Source: Candidatus Bathyarchaeota archaeon BA2 (GTDB lineage: Archaea; Thermoproteota; Bathyarchaeia; Bathyarchaeales; Bathyarchaeaceae). From it: a stretch of 64,000 nt of DNA. Position 1 is the stretch's first letter. Each line of letters begins with the position of its first letter. Shown here piece by piece: positions 17,792 to 28,059 of this stretch. The stretch covers positions 5,773-69,772 of the forward strand of contig LIHK01000056.1 in NCBI GenBank assembly GCA_001399795.1. The letters run 5' to 3'. The notes beneath the pieces are model-generated. The model saw only the letters and a program-made list of their open reading frames with translations, searched no databases and was not told the DNA's origin. Made by a program: the position numbers and the translations under genes.

Positions 17792-19018
17792 CTAATCCGA
17801 AGGCTTCGGGATGGGCTCAAGGGCTCGGATGAAGCCTTCAGGCGTGATGTCTACGCGTATTCTTCTCCGTTCAAAGTTGCACATTCTGCAGTCTAGCACC
17901 CTGGCGATTCTCACGAATTCTCCTCTGTTGGCTTCGAGGTCAACCTTCTGATCTTCCCAGTAGATGCGGCAATAGTCCACTATGATGGTTCCGTCGAGGT
18001 TGTGAGCTAGGCCTATGCCTCCAGCCATGTCGTAGCTGTCCCACCTTTCGGCGCTCCTTTGATTCACATAGAGGCCGGTCACCCCGTGCAGTTGGTTGTA
18101 CCTCGCCAGTTCCATAACTCGATATTTCAGGGCGCCTCTGTAGGCTTCCAAGACCGTTACCGAATCTAAAATGACCAGTTCAATTTTTTCCTTTTCGACA
18201 ACGTAACGATAAGTTTCAGCGAAGGTGCTCCAGTCTCTCAAATCCGGATAGACAACTGTGTCGAGGACGTAGAGGTTTTTCCTAATATTTTTCCAGTCTA
18301 ACCCCAGCATGTCAGCTTTCTGCTTTAAACGGGACTGCAAATCAAACCTTGGAGTCGCGCTTTTCCAAGTATCCTCCGCAGTGGCGTAAAGAGTCTTCCT
18401 CCCAGCAGCCGCCACCCTAACCGCAATTTCCTCAACCAAAATAGACTTGCCAGCCCCTGGAAGCCCTGTTATGGCAAACTGCCCACAAATCGGAACGCCG
18501 TTTAGGGTTTCTCCCTCAGGCGTCAAGAACAGCTGATCTATAAAGGTGCCTGTTGACAGTCCCACAAGAGGCTTCATTGCTTCTGGCGCCTCGTCTGGAC
18601 GGAGAACCAAGCCGCTCAGTTTCTCTTCTTTCCTCTCGATTTCTGTTTTCATGGGCTTGGTGGCTAGTTCCCACTCGTCGGCAGGAGCTCTAGCTCCCTT
18701 CATGGCTTCGGCTAATGTTTTAGCCATGGCCTTCATTATTCTTTCAACATCAGGCGCTGCTTCTGGCTTCTTCACCTCCGGCGGAGCCGACGGTGCAACT
18801 ACCTTAGAAATGACTGTTTCTGGGGCTAGGAGAACCCACATCTCTCCTCTTCTGTTGACGACGCCCTTGGACCTGAGGGACTGAAGTAGGGCGTAGGCGG
18901 AATCTGGACCATACTTGGGCACGCCTAAGCCTTCAGAAATTTCGTCTAAGGAAGCTTGGCCGTCGTGATCTTTCAAGAATCCTACGATGTCGCTTTCCTC
19001 CACCATTATGTTCCCCAC
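17792..19018 (-). CDS. KaiC/RecA-superfamily ATPase with an N-terminal winged-helix domain
   Basis: Walker A GLPGAGKS, Walker B LVILDS, and an N-terminal wHTH-like LDEISEGLGVPKYGPDSAYALLQSLRSKGVV. It lies 15 nt upstream of the ligase and is co-directional with it. Confidence 0.75.
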   Translation of the reverse strand: MGNIMVEESDIVGFLKDHDGQASLDEISEGLGVPKYGPDSAYALLQSLRSKGVVNRRGEMWVLLAPETVISKVVAPSAPPEVKKPEAAPDVERIMKAMAKTLAEAMKGARAPADEWELATKPMKTEIERKEEKLSGLVLRPDEAPEAMKPLVGLSTGTFIDQLFLTPEGETLNGVPICGQFAITGLPGAGKSILVEEIAVRVAAAGRKTLYATAEDTWKSATPRFDLQSRLKQKADMLGLDWKNIRKNLYVLDTVVYPDLRDWSTFAETYRYVVEKEKIELVILDSVTVLEAYRGALKYRVMELARYNQLHGVTGLYVNQRSAERWDSYDMAGGIGLAHNLDGTIIVDYCRIYWEDQKVDLEANRGEFVRIARVLDCRMCNFERRRIRVDITPEGFIRALEPIPKPSD

Positions 19019-19116
19019 TGGTTAATGTTTCCCTGTTCACTATAAACATTCCCACTTTTAAGGTGAAAATTCATATATCAGAAGCTGAATAATAGACAGC
19101 ATGAGGGATAGTGTTT

Positions 19117-19521
19117 ATGAAGGTCTTTCTCGCTGCCCCCTTATTCAGCGAGGCAGAGCGCGATTTCAATTCTAAGGTAGCCAAAAGGCTGAGGGACAAA
19201 GGGTTCGAAGTTTGGCTTGCTCAGGATTTTCCTTTCATTCATGAAGGAACTTCCAAGGAGAAAAAGAAAATCTACGAAGAGGATATTTCAGCTTTGAAGG
19301 CATGTGATGTTGTGGTGGCAGTCTTAGACGGTGTGACGGTTGATTCAGGTGTGGCTTTCGAAATGGGTTATGCCATAGCCATAGGAAAGCCTGTGATGGG
19401 ACTAAAAACGGACCATAGGGCTTTTTCAAAGATGGAAGATGTCAATCTCATGTTAGAAGTGCCCCTAATCAAGCTCTGCAATACCATAGAGGAAGTCCTA
19501 ACTGAGCTCAAAAGCATTTAA
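19117..19521 (+). CDS. Nucleoside 2-deoxyribosyltransferase family protein
   Basis: MKVFLAAPLFSEAERDFN... and the DSGVAFEMGYA pattern. Confidence 0.7.
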   Translation: MKVFLAAPLFSEAERDFNSKVAKRLRDKGFEVWLAQDFPFIHEGTSKEKKKIYEEDISALKACDVVVAVLDGVTVDSGVAFEMGYAIAIGKPVMGLKTDHRAFSKMEDVNLMLEVPLIKLCNTIEEVLTELKSI

Positions 19522-19557
19522 TTGCCCCAAGTAACGTTGAGAGTAAAGGTGTTTATC

Positions 19558-20097
19558 GTGGACGTTTTTGAAGCCATCAGAACTAGGAGGAGCATAAGAA
19601 AGTTCCGCCCAAAACCTATTCCAGACGAGAAGTTGGAGATGATTCTGGAGGCTGGTCGTCTGGCGCCTTCAGCTGGCAACCGTCAACCCTGGCGCTTCGT
19701 TGTGGTTAAGGACCCAGAGAGGAAGAGAGCTCTTGCCAAGGCGGCGGACAACCAGATGTTCATTGCAGACGCCAGCGTAATTATAGTTGCCCTCGGTGAT
19801 CCTGAAGCTTCACCGAGATGGTTTAGGCAGGACCCTATGATAGCGGTTGAGCACATGGTTTTGGCTGCAACCGCTTTGGGTTATGGCACTTGCTGGATTG
19901 GAGCTTTCAGTGAAGATAGGGTTAAACGCATTCTAAGAATTCCTGAGGGGTTAAAGGTTATAACACTGCTACCTATAGGCTTTCCAGACGAGGCTCCAGC
20001 TCCTAGGGAAAGAAAAAAGTTGAAGGAAATCATTTTCCTAGAAAAATACGGGAACCTTCCTGAACATAGCATCAGCAATTGTATTTCCATCAGCTGA
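19558..20097 (+). CDS. Nitroreductase family protein
   Basis: EAIRTRRSIRKF and PSAGNRQPWRFVVV motifs. GTG 19558 is the likely start; the track ORF opens at TTG 19522. Confidence 0.8.
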   Translation: MDVFEAIRTRRSIRKFRPKPIPDEKLEMILEAGRLAPSAGNRQPWRFVVVKDPERKRALAKAADNQMFIADASVIIVALGDPEASPRWFRQDPMIAVEHMVLAATALGYGTCWIGAFSEDRVKRILRIPEGLKVITLLPIGFPDEAPAPRERKKLKEIIFLEKYGNLPEHSISNCISIS

Positions 20098-20121
20098 AGA
20101 AAAATTGTTTTAATCGTTTAG

Positions 20122-20493
20122 TCATAGCCTCTTGAACAAGCTAGGAGACGATTCTGCGGTTCGCCAAAATCTAGCTACAAGGGCTACCATTCCGCCAATG
20201 ATGATTAGTACGCCGGAGAGAGTGCGATACTTGAAGTCAAAAGAATGCAGGATAAGTATTCCTACGATGATGCCCATTACGCCGCCTGCAAGGGAGGCGC
20301 CTTTCCATATTATGATGCACCCAATAACGGCTAATATTGCAAGCAATGTTTCTTCTATCGGAAAAGAGCCTGTGATTTGGTTTTGAGCCAAAATGTAGGT
20401 GGCTTCCAGCGGAACCATGAATTCAAGTAACCCCCCAATCAGCGTTAGCATTGATCCTATGGTCTCTAGTTCCTTTCCATCCAACTTTTTCAC
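20122..20493 (-). CDS. Hypothetical membrane protein
   Basis: 123 aa with about 4 hydrophobic helices. Confidence 0.5.
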   Translation of the reverse strand: MKKLDGKELETIGSMLTLIGGLLEFMVPLEATYILAQNQITGSFPIEETLLAILAVIGCIIIWKGASLAGGVMGIIVGILILHSFDFKYRTLSGVLIIIGGMVALVARFWRTAESSPSLFKRL

Positions 20494-20580
20494 CGCTGAG
20501 GTTTTGTCAGGTTGACAAGATAACTCTTTCTAAGCCCCTCATCACCATTTTTAGTGCAATTGCGTTTTTGGAAAAAATAC

Positions 20581-20617
20581 TGTTTTCAACATTCTTCTGT
20601 TATTAGGATCCAAATAG
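20581..20617 (+). repeat. 37-bp perfect repeat, copy 1
   Basis: TGTTTTCAACATTCTTCTGTTATTAGGATCCAAATAG is identical at 41622-41658. Weaker similarity extends about 25 nt upstream. Confidence 0.9.
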
Positions 20618-20675
20618 CGCCATAGTCTTTCATTTTGCTTCACCTTTATAAGTAATAACGCCGTTATAGATATCG

Positions 20676-21071
20676 ATGAAAATGAGACCACCATGCGAAC
20701 TTGTTGTGCGATCAGTGCTTCCGGCGTTTCGGTCTCTGATAGCTAAAAGACTTATTGAGAGACATCATTTTTCTCAGGTGACTGCGGCTGAAAAGCTTGG
20801 AACAACCCAGGCTGCTATAAGTTATTATCTCTATTCAAAACGTGGGGATGAAAAGGTGAAACAGCTTGAAGCCCTGCCTTCTGTTCAGGCCATGGTAAAT
20901 GAAATTGCTGAAGGCATCGCAACCGACAAGTTTTCTCCCTTCCAAGCCATGCTGCTTTTTTGCAAGTTATGTAAAGCCCTTAGAACGGGAGACCTTATAT
21001 GCGACTGGCACAGGGATTTCCTCGCAGTTCCAGAAGCATGCGACATATGCCCCACCGTTATTGAGAGTTAG
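20676..21071 (+). CDS. HTH transcriptional regulator with a C-terminal Cys cluster
   Basis: HTH segment FSQVTAAEKLGTTQAAISYYL. C-terminal CKLCK...C...CDIC. Confidence 0.6.
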   Translation: MKMRPPCELVVRSVLPAFRSLIAKRLIERHHFSQVTAAEKLGTTQAAISYYLYSKRGDEKVKQLEALPSVQAMVNEIAEGIATDKFSPFQAMLLFCKLCKALRTGDLICDWHRDFLAVPEACDICPTVIES

Positions 21072-21181
21072 CCTAAAGCGTATCTTAGCAGACGCATTGC
21101 GACTTAACGGTTTATGATGTAAGGCAGTTTATCTTAGCAAGCCATAAAAATGTGAGACTAGAAGGTAGTGATTAAAGTGCG

Positions 21182-21688
21182 GTGTCAAAGGTGCCCAAGA
21201 AACCTAGACGATATTTTCTGAAAGAAAAGGAGACAAGGAAACTTTTACTTGATTTTTCCCAAAGGCTTAAAGTAAACGCTGAAAGGTTGTTCGGGCCCAA
21301 ACCACGCGTTGAGGTGAATGAAAATGAGGTTGCTGAAATCTTTATTTTTGACAGAAAACCTTTGTTGGCAAAGTCCGGTGACACGTTTTTTCCCACCTTA
21401 GCCTTTGACGACGTTTTCTCCTTTCTTCCCAAAATAGTGGTGGACATGGGTGCTGTCCCCTTCGTTTGCAAGGGAGCTGACGTGATGGCTCCCGGCGTTG
21501 TTAGCATTGAAGGAGATTTTAAGGAGAATGATTTTCTTCTCATTGTGGATGAGCGCCATGGCAAACCGTTGATGATAGGCGTTGCCCTCTTCGATTCGCA
21601 AGCCATGAAGAATTTAAAACATGGAAAAATCGTGAAAAACATTCACCATGTGGGGGATAGGCTTTGGAATGCTTTAAAGAAAGTTTGA
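21182..21688 (+). CDS. PUA-domain RNA-binding protein (MCT-1/Tma20-like)
   Basis: C-terminal PUA pattern VVDMGAVPFVCKGADVMAPGV...GKPLMIGVAL. Confidence 0.75.
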   Translation: MSKVPKKPRRYFLKEKETRKLLLDFSQRLKVNAERLFGPKPRVEVNENEVAEIFIFDRKPLLAKSGDTFFPTLAFDDVFSFLPKIVVDMGAVPFVCKGADVMAPGVVSIEGDFKENDFLLIVDERHGKPLMIGVALFDSQAMKNLKHGKIVKNIHHVGDRLWNALKKV

Positions 21689-21883
21689 TGTATACAATGT
21701 CAAACTGCTGGCGATAGAAGCAGGGTTGCTCCAAATTGATGTAGATCGTTGTATTCCCGATTATTCTATGCAAGCGCATACAAAACAGAAATAGAAAGGA
21801 AGATTGCAGGGGAATGGAGAAGTCTCCAAACGCAAACGTTTAAAGTCAAACACCTCCTAACTAAACAGTTAAGAAAGTGAGCA

Positions 21884-22264
21884 ATGAATATTAAATTCAG
21901 GAGAGCAACCAGAATGTCCAAAAAGATTAAAAAAACTAAAACTGAGAAAGCTTCTCCGGTCTCCTCTGGTTTCCCAGCCAATGTTTACTTGAAAGCTCTG
22001 TCATTACGCGCTCTAGAGGACGTAGATGTTGTCAAACGTGAAATAGAATCGGGAAACATCCTCATACTGAGAGTAAGTCCACTAGCAAGAAAAAGCATTG
22101 AAGATGTAAAAAAGGCGGTGAATGAGCTATGCGAATTTACCAAATCAATTGGAGGAGACATTGCCCGCTTAGGTGAAGAACGCGTGGTTGTAGTGCCAAG
22201 TTTCATTAGAATTTGGCGGCAAGAAACCGCTACTTCCAAAGAAAAAGCGTCTACCGCAACTTGA
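21884..22264 (+). CDS. sepF: Cell division protein SepF
   Basis: LKALSLRALEDVDVVKREIESGNILILRVSPLA...IGGDIARLGEERVVVVP, the SepF/DUF552 pattern. The start may be the internal MSKKIKK. Confidence 0.7.
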   Translation: MNIKFRRATRMSKKIKKTKTEKASPVSSGFPANVYLKALSLRALEDVDVVKREIESGNILILRVSPLARKSIEDVKKAVNELCEFTKSIGGDIARLGEERVVVVPSFIRIWRQETATSKEKASTAT

Positions 22265-24146
22265 CGGTTTCTAGGTTCTCCGGCACAATCGCTTCAACCC
22301 TATACTTTCTCTGGAAAATGTTGGCTACGCTCATACACTTCGCTTTTTCGCCATGAACAACGATTATTCTCTCTGGTTTCGGTTTTACTCGTCGGATGTA
22401 ATTAATTATCTGCCTCCTATCTGAATGTCCAGAAAATCCCTCGATGGATTCGACCTGCAAGTTCACTTTCACCACTTCAATTTTTCCCTCGCTGTTTATC
22501 ATGGGTGTCTCAGTTAAGCCCTTCTGAATTCTGCGTCCCATGGTTCCCTCAATTTGATAGCTGACGAAGATTATTGTGTTGCGTTTATCCTGTGCCAAAG
22601 GTCCACCTTCCAGCATGCCCGAAGTCGCTATGATGATGCTTTGCTCTCCCTCAACGATTTCTTCCCTTGCACTGGGATGCTCCACGATGGTGAAGTAGTC
22701 TGACTGGAACGGGTTGATCCCCCCATGCAGAATGCTGTTTCGCACACCCCTCGCCAAATACTCAGGATAAGCCGTGTGAATGGCAGTTGCCTCAGAAATC
22801 ATGCCCTCAATAAAAACGGGCGCCTCCTTCAGCAATCCCCGCCGCATATACCCATCGATAATCAGCATGATTTCCTGAGCTCTCCCAACCGCTGGAACAG
22901 GAATCAAAACTTTACCTCCCCGATCTAAGGTTTCGTTAATCACTGACGCAAGTCTTTCTTCAGCCCCTATCCTAGACGGCATTAAATCATTTGGAGACCC
23001 GTACGTGCTTTCCGTTATTATGGTCTCCACTCTTGGAAACATTGATACAGCGGGCTCAAGAAGCATCGTCGGCGCATATTTATAGTCACCAGTGTAGACG
23101 ACGTTGTGCAGTCCCTCTCCAATGTGCAGGTGAATCAAAGATGAACCGAGAATATGCCCAGAATTATGCAAAGTTAGACGAATATCAGGCGCTATGTCAG
23201 TTACAGCGCCATATCGCAACGGAATAGTGTGTAAAACTGTCTCCCGCACATCCTTCTGACCATAAAGCGGCATCAGCCCTTGTTTGCTTAGAACATCAAG
23301 GTAATCCAGTTGAAGCAGGGTCATAAGATTTGAAGTTGGAGCCGAACAGTAAACAGGGCCATCGTATCCGTATTTGAACAAAAATGGGAGAAAACCACAG
23401 TGATCTAAGTGCGCGTGGCTTATTACAACAGCGTCCAACAAGTCCAGATCAAACTGGGCGGCGTCAAGCCTTGGGAAAGCTTCGAGGGGGTTTGTGGAAC
23501 CTGGATTGATGCCACAGTCCAGCAACACGTTACTTTCTCTCGTCTGCACGAGTATGGCGGATCTTCCCACTTCTCGGAAGCCGCCTAACGCTGTGAGTCG
23601 AATGTCCCCAGCTCCGTGGACAGCGGGTCTGAAAATTCTTTCGCCAACCGTGCGAAGTATCCTCTCCCTTTCCTTGCTCTCGGAGTGAAGATAATGGCGC
23701 ATGTGAGCCACAATTTTAGACGATATCGGAGGGCTTCTCAAAATGCGGGGTCTCCACCGCGTCTTCCTAACGATTTCTTGTAAGACCGCTCCATTTTTTC
23801 CAATAACCAGGCCTGGCTTCTTGGTTTCTATAATAACTTCGCCGAGGCTCGGGTCGAAGTTTATTCCTGTAATCTCTGCCTCTGGAGAAACTATTTCAGG
23901 TATAATCCTCTCCGCGTCTTTCTCATCCAACCTTACAGAAGGATCGGAGCGCACAACTATTCTTTTCCTGATCAAATTGACGATGTCTGCAATGATGTAG
24001 CTTTGTTCAATCAGAATCTCCGGCTTTTTCGTGTAGACGGCTAGTGCCGGCCCTTCGAACTCGATGCGGGTGACTTCCGCTTCTTTTGGAATGTGTTCCA
24101 ATATGTGTTGGCTTATTTCCCCCTCGGTTTTGCTGTTGGCTGGCAT
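22251..24146 (-). CDS. fttA: aCPSF1 (FttA) beta-CASP ribonuclease with N-terminal KH domains
   Basis: 631 aa. KH-like GKNG, the MBL motif SHAHLDHCG, beta-CASP region motifs, and C-terminal GFSGHSD...VHGE. Confidence 0.9.
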   Translation of the reverse strand: MPANSKTEGEISQHILEHIPKEAEVTRIEFEGPALAVYTKKPEILIEQSYIIADIVNLIRKRIVVRSDPSVRLDEKDAERIIPEIVSPEAEITGINFDPSLGEVIIETKKPGLVIGKNGAVLQEIVRKTRWRPRILRSPPISSKIVAHMRHYLHSESKERERILRTVGERIFRPAVHGAGDIRLTALGGFREVGRSAILVQTRESNVLLDCGINPGSTNPLEAFPRLDAAQFDLDLLDAVVISHAHLDHCGFLPFLFKYGYDGPVYCSAPTSNLMTLLQLDYLDVLSKQGLMPLYGQKDVRETVLHTIPLRYGAVTDIAPDIRLTLHNSGHILGSSLIHLHIGEGLHNVVYTGDYKYAPTMLLEPAVSMFPRVETIITESTYGSPNDLMPSRIGAEERLASVINETLDRGGKVLIPVPAVGRAQEIMLIIDGYMRRGLLKEAPVFIEGMISEATAIHTAYPEYLARGVRNSILHGGINPFQSDYFTIVEHPSAREEIVEGEQSIIIATSGMLEGGPLAQDKRNTIIFVSYQIEGTMGRRIQKGLTETPMINSEGKIEVVKVNLQVESIEGFSGHSDRRQIINYIRRVKPKPERIIVVHGEKAKCMSVANIFQRKYRVEAIVPENLETVKLR

Positions 24147-24162
24147 ACTTCTTCTTCGCTCC

Positions 24163-24804
24163 TCAGGAGCCCCCTAGAATGTTTTTCTTTTCCTCGTCGT
24201 TTAATTCACGATAACCTTTTTCGTCTATGACTGCTACGTCAAAACTGTCTCCGCTTGCGGCGTCCCTTTTCATAGCGGAGTCAACAGCTCGCACAACCAC
24301 GGATAGAACGTCCTTTACATCAGCATCTTCTTTGTATTTGTCTTCCAGAACCCCGTAGGCTATGGGGGAACCCGACCCAGTGGCAACGCATTTTTCTTCC
24401 GTGAGGCTTCCGAAGGGATCTAAGGAGAAAACATGGGCACCTGTGTCATCGACGCCGCCAACGAGAACCTGCGTTATCAGTGGCGCTAAACGAGCTGAGA
24501 ACAAGAGGTTTGCGACAAGTCTGGCTGCTGATTGTACTGGCATTGGTCGTCCGGAGTTCAGTTTGTAGAGTCGCGCGTTTACTTTAAGAATTTCAACGGT
24601 TCTTTGCGCGTCGGCAACGGTGCCTGAAATGGTCATGGCCAAATGGTCGTCTATTTGGTATATTTTCTTTCCCTTTTTGTGGGCTACAAAGTATCCCATG
24701 GTCACGCGGGTATCTGAAGAAAGGATAACTCCGTCTTTGCAAACTACGCCTATGGTTGTTGTTCCCTTTAAGGCTAATTTATCAATTGGTTCACGCATTT
24801 TCAT
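24163..24804 (-). CDS. psmB: Proteasome subunit beta
   Basis: A short propeptide, then the active-site GTTTIG. Start taken at MKMREP (ATG 24804); the longer track ORF is upstream read-through. Confidence 0.9.
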   Translation of the reverse strand: MKMREPIDKLALKGTTTIGVVCKDGVILSSDTRVTMGYFVAHKKGKKIYQIDDHLAMTISGTVADAQRTVEILKVNARLYKLNSGRPMPVQSAARLVANLLFSARLAPLITQVLVGGVDDTGAHVFSLDPFGSLTEEKCVATGSGSPIAYGVLEDKYKEDADVKDVLSVVVRAVDSAMKRDAASGDSFDVAVIDEKGYRELNDEEKKNILGGS

Positions 24805-25279
24805 TTCCCCCGAAAATTGAGAGATACACAGATACGTATCGGGAGAAGTTAGAGGAATGTATATCATAACCGACGCGTTAATTAATCTTACGGTTAGATT
24901 TATACCAAACTTCCCTTTTCTGTATAAATCTAAGCATACAGACAATTAACCGACGGATTTTGAAATTTATTTGTTCACCTTTTCCAGCCACCGGATTAGG
25001 AGGGACTTCTCTCTTTTGCGACGTTTTAGTCTTAAAGTTGTTTTCTTTGATTTCATCTCTTTTTCCATAGCTTTATCGTCTTAACAAAATCCCTTGGAAA
25101 GAAGACACTTGCGCAATAATTGGAGAAGATGACAAAGTCTGGTTCTATGAATCTCTAGCGGGGGACTTTTCATAATCAAAAATGGAGAATTTGTACCAGT
25201 TGTGTAGTAGCGCGCGAAAAGCGAGCAAGAATCGAACTAACCAAAAAACTATTACGGGGAACGAAGACAAGAAGCTAAC

Positions 25280-26344
25280 ATGAAGCCGAAGCCTGCCGTC
25301 CACAGAATGACTCTTCCAAGGGAAGTCGTTGTGGGAAACGAAACTCTATCGTTGATAAGCGATATTTGTAAAAGGCTTGGCTTTTCCGAATCCGCTTTTG
25401 TGGTAACGGGTCCGGAAACACAGCATGTTGCGGGTGGGAGGGTTATTGATTTGCTTCGTGACAAGGGAATTGATGTTGATCATTTGGTTGTGTCTTCCTC
25501 TACTATGTGGAATGTTAGGGCGGTTGAAGAGAAGATTCAGGAGTCGAAACCGCAGGTGGTTCTTGGGGTAGGTGGTGGCACCAAAATTGATCTTGCGAAG
25601 CTTGGTTCTGCGCGTCAGGGGATTCCCTTCATAAGCATACCGACCACGGCTTCTCATGATGGGATTGCGAGTCCTTTTGCTTCTGTTAAGGGGCTGAGTA
25701 AACCTTATTCTGTGGTGGCGCAGTCGCCTATGGCTATTGTAGCGGACACCAATGTCATCATTCAGTCGGATTACTGTTTTACTGCTAGTGGATGTGGAGA
25801 TGTCGTAGCCAAGTTTACGGCGGTTCGTGATTGGGAGCTTGCTCACAAAGTGAAAAATGAGTATTATGGTGAGTATGCCGCAAGTTTGGCTTTGATGAGT
25901 GCGAAGCTTGTCATGAGAAATGCGGATGTAATTAAGTCTGGGGTGGAGGAAGGTCTCCGTGCTGTCTTGGAGGCTTTGATAAGTTGTGGTGTTGCTATGA
26001 GCATTGCGGGCAGTAGCAGACCTTGCAGTGGTTCAGAGCATTTGTTTAGCCATGCTCTAGACCTTGTTGCGCCGAACATGGCTATGCATGGGGAACAGTG
26101 TGGTGTGGGGACAATAATGTTGGCTTATCTTTATGGAATGAATTGGAAGGGCATAAAGACAACGCTTCAGAAGGCTGGGGCTCCCACCACGGCTGAGGAA
26201 TTGGGGGTGGAACCTGAGTCTGTTGTGGAAGCGTTGGTGCGGGCGTGTACGATTCGTCCTGAGCGGTACACGATTTTGGAGGAGAAAAGGTTGAGTTATG
26301 ATTCTGCTGAGAAGCTTGCTAGGGCTACTGGCGTTATAGATTAA
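25280..26344 (+). CDS. egsA: sn-Glycerol-1-phosphate dehydrogenase
   Basis: 354 aa. GVGGGTKIDLAK and PTTASHDGI motifs, plus the metal-binding SEHLFSHAL/HGEQCG. Confidence 0.85.
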   Translation: MKPKPAVHRMTLPREVVVGNETLSLISDICKRLGFSESAFVVTGPETQHVAGGRVIDLLRDKGIDVDHLVVSSSTMWNVRAVEEKIQESKPQVVLGVGGGTKIDLAKLGSARQGIPFISIPTTASHDGIASPFASVKGLSKPYSVVAQSPMAIVADTNVIIQSDYCFTASGCGDVVAKFTAVRDWELAHKVKNEYYGEYAASLALMSAKLVMRNADVIKSGVEEGLRAVLEALISCGVAMSIAGSSRPCSGSEHLFSHALDLVAPNMAMHGEQCGVGTIMLAYLYGMNWKGIKTTLQKAGAPTTAEELGVEPESVVEALVRACTIRPERYTILEEKRLSYDSAEKLARATGVID

Positions 26345-26372
26345 GCTTGGATGAGAGGCGTGGAAAGGAGGA

Positions 26373-26729
26373 ATGGCTTTGGGACCAGAGGAATTAGAGA
26401 CAATAGTCATAGCATTGCGTGAACTTGGCCTGAGTTACGATGAGACGGTCAAACTAATGAGTGGAGTTACGAAAGATGCAAAGTCTCTGAGGTCCCTATG
26501 GGGAAAACCTAGTGCTGGAGGACAGAAGGGCTCTCGGCTCGTCAAGCTTGGTGTGTCTTTGATAGCTTTTCCAATTCCCACAATTGGTATTAAGAAGAGC
26601 TTGGGCGGTATGCTGATAGCTGCTGGTTTGGTTCAAGAGAGAATGAGGCATATGCACGTAGCGGATGTCTACAGCACTTTCCAAGATGTAAACAGGGAAT
26701 TGCAGAAGCTTCAGCAGAAATCTGTTTAG
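26373..26729 (+). CDS. Hypothetical protein with one or two hydrophobic segments
   Basis: 118-aa ORF. No motif recognised. Confidence 0.4.
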   Translation: MALGPEELETIVIALRELGLSYDETVKLMSGVTKDAKSLRSLWGKPSAGGQKGSRLVKLGVSLIAFPIPTIGIKKSLGGMLIAAGLVQERMRHMHVADVYSTFQDVNRELQKLQQKSV

Positions 26730-26844
26730 CTCTCCTACTCTCTTGGAGCATCTTAATGGAGTATGAAATGTAGAGAGTGTAGATGTTGTAACTATTTCCT
26801 TTCAGAGAACAAGTATTGGTGCTAGTTGCTTTTCTTTTTGGTTG

Positions 26845-27543
26845 TTATGCGCCTGTTTCCTGTTTTTTGAATATTTCGGTGAATTTTACGGTTGTTATTT
26901 CTGGGAAGAATTTTTGTATGTCTGTGGCGACGCCTCTTTTTGCGGGTTGTATTCCTTCTAGGTAGAAGGCTTCTTCGGGCATGTTTATTGTGATGTTGGT
27001 TTTTGTTGTTTTGAATTTTATTTTTTGTGTTTCTACTGCTGGTATTCTGCGGTGGATGAGTGCGGCTATTTTTTCTTTTTTTGTTTTGAGGTTTTTTTGG
27101 ACTGTGATTTCGTAGATTAGGGTTTTTCCGGCTAGGGGTGGGTTGAAGTCTAGTTGTACTCTTCCAGCTCCTATGGTTCTTATTGTTGCGGGTTTTTTGT
27201 TGTATTCGATTCGCATTCCTAGTTGGGGGGTTATTCCGCGGGCTGTTAGTCTTCTTAGGGGGACTAGCCGTACTTTTTCTGGGTCTCTGGGTCCGAAGGC
27301 TTTTTCTGGTGGTACTTCTATGGAGTCTTTTTTCTTGATTTTGAGGTTGGGTAGGGCTTCGTCTACAGCTTTTAGCATCCAGCCTTCTCCGACGACAATG
27401 AGTTGTGGCTCATAGATTTCTCCTTCTTTGTAGAGTTTTTCCTTTTTTGCTGTTTCTTCGATGGTAGTGTCAAAGATTTCTCCTGTTTCTTTGACTTTGC
27501 TTGTGTAGTTGATTAGGATGAAGTCGCCTTTTTTGCTGGGCAC
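26845..27543 (-). CDS. FKBP-type peptidyl-prolyl cis-trans isomerase (long archaeal type)
   Basis: N-terminal GDFILINYT...ETGEIFDTT, an insert-in-flap region, and FNPPLAGKTL. Confidence 0.85.
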   Translation of the reverse strand: MPSKKGDFILINYTSKVKETGEIFDTTIEETAKKEKLYKEGEIYEPQLIVVGEGWMLKAVDEALPNLKIKKKDSIEVPPEKAFGPRDPEKVRLVPLRRLTARGITPQLGMRIEYNKKPATIRTIGAGRVQLDFNPPLAGKTLIYEITVQKNLKTKKEKIAALIHRRIPAVETQKIKFKTTKTNITINMPEEAFYLEGIQPAKRGVATDIQKFFPEITTVKFTEIFKKQETGA

Positions 27544-27678
27544 TTTCTGTTCCTCTCCGGTGTTGTTTTAGTTTTGTTGGACGTTGTCTTTAACTTTTAT
27601 TTATGATTATTGTGTTTTTGTTTTTCTTTTTATAGATTAGCCCTCGACAAACATGTTATATAACTCTTTTGGGTCGGC

Positions 27679-28059
27679 TTAGCTTGGTCTCTTCAGGTAT
27701 TCAGACACGCTTTTGAGAAAGCGTTCAGCAGCCTCAACAATCCATTCTGCATCTTCTGAGCCAAGAACAGGCCTTAAGGCGTAGTCAGCTGTTTCCCTCA
27801 AACTTTTTGCATCTGAAAATATTATGCCAAGCTCTCTGGGCAGTTTCTTCTCCTTGACGAAATGTAATCCAAACTCTCGGAGGGTTCCTTCATGGGTTTT
27901 TGGAAACGAGTTTTCAGAGGCTAGAGCAGCTTTAGACGCATGGAATATGCAATAGTAGGCTCTAGAAATGGCGTCTTCATATTCCTCAAGGCCCAGTAAT
28001 TTCTTCGCCGCCCCCAGTTTTCTTTGAGCTTTCCTTAAGAGGTCATCAATTTCTGACAA
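27679..28059 (-). CDS. HEPN domain protein (toxin-like partner of the MNT protein)
   Basis: 126 aa. AISRAYYCIFHA and the Rx4-6H-like RETADY region. It overlaps the upstream nucleotidyltransferase gene by 14 nt. Confidence 0.75.
   Translation of the reverse strand: MSEIDDLLRKAQRKLGAAKKLLGLEEYEDAISRAYYCIFHASKAALASENSFPKTHEGTLREFGLHFVKEKKLPRELGIIFSDAKSLRETADYALRPVLGSEDAEWIVEAAERFLKSVSEYLKRPS

Noticed and set aside
24967-25068. A 33-aa highly basic ORF (MEKEMKSKKTTLRLKRRKREKSLLIRWLEKVNK) upstream of psmB.
   Set aside because: It is too short and has no recognisable family, and no clear ribosome-binding site was seen.
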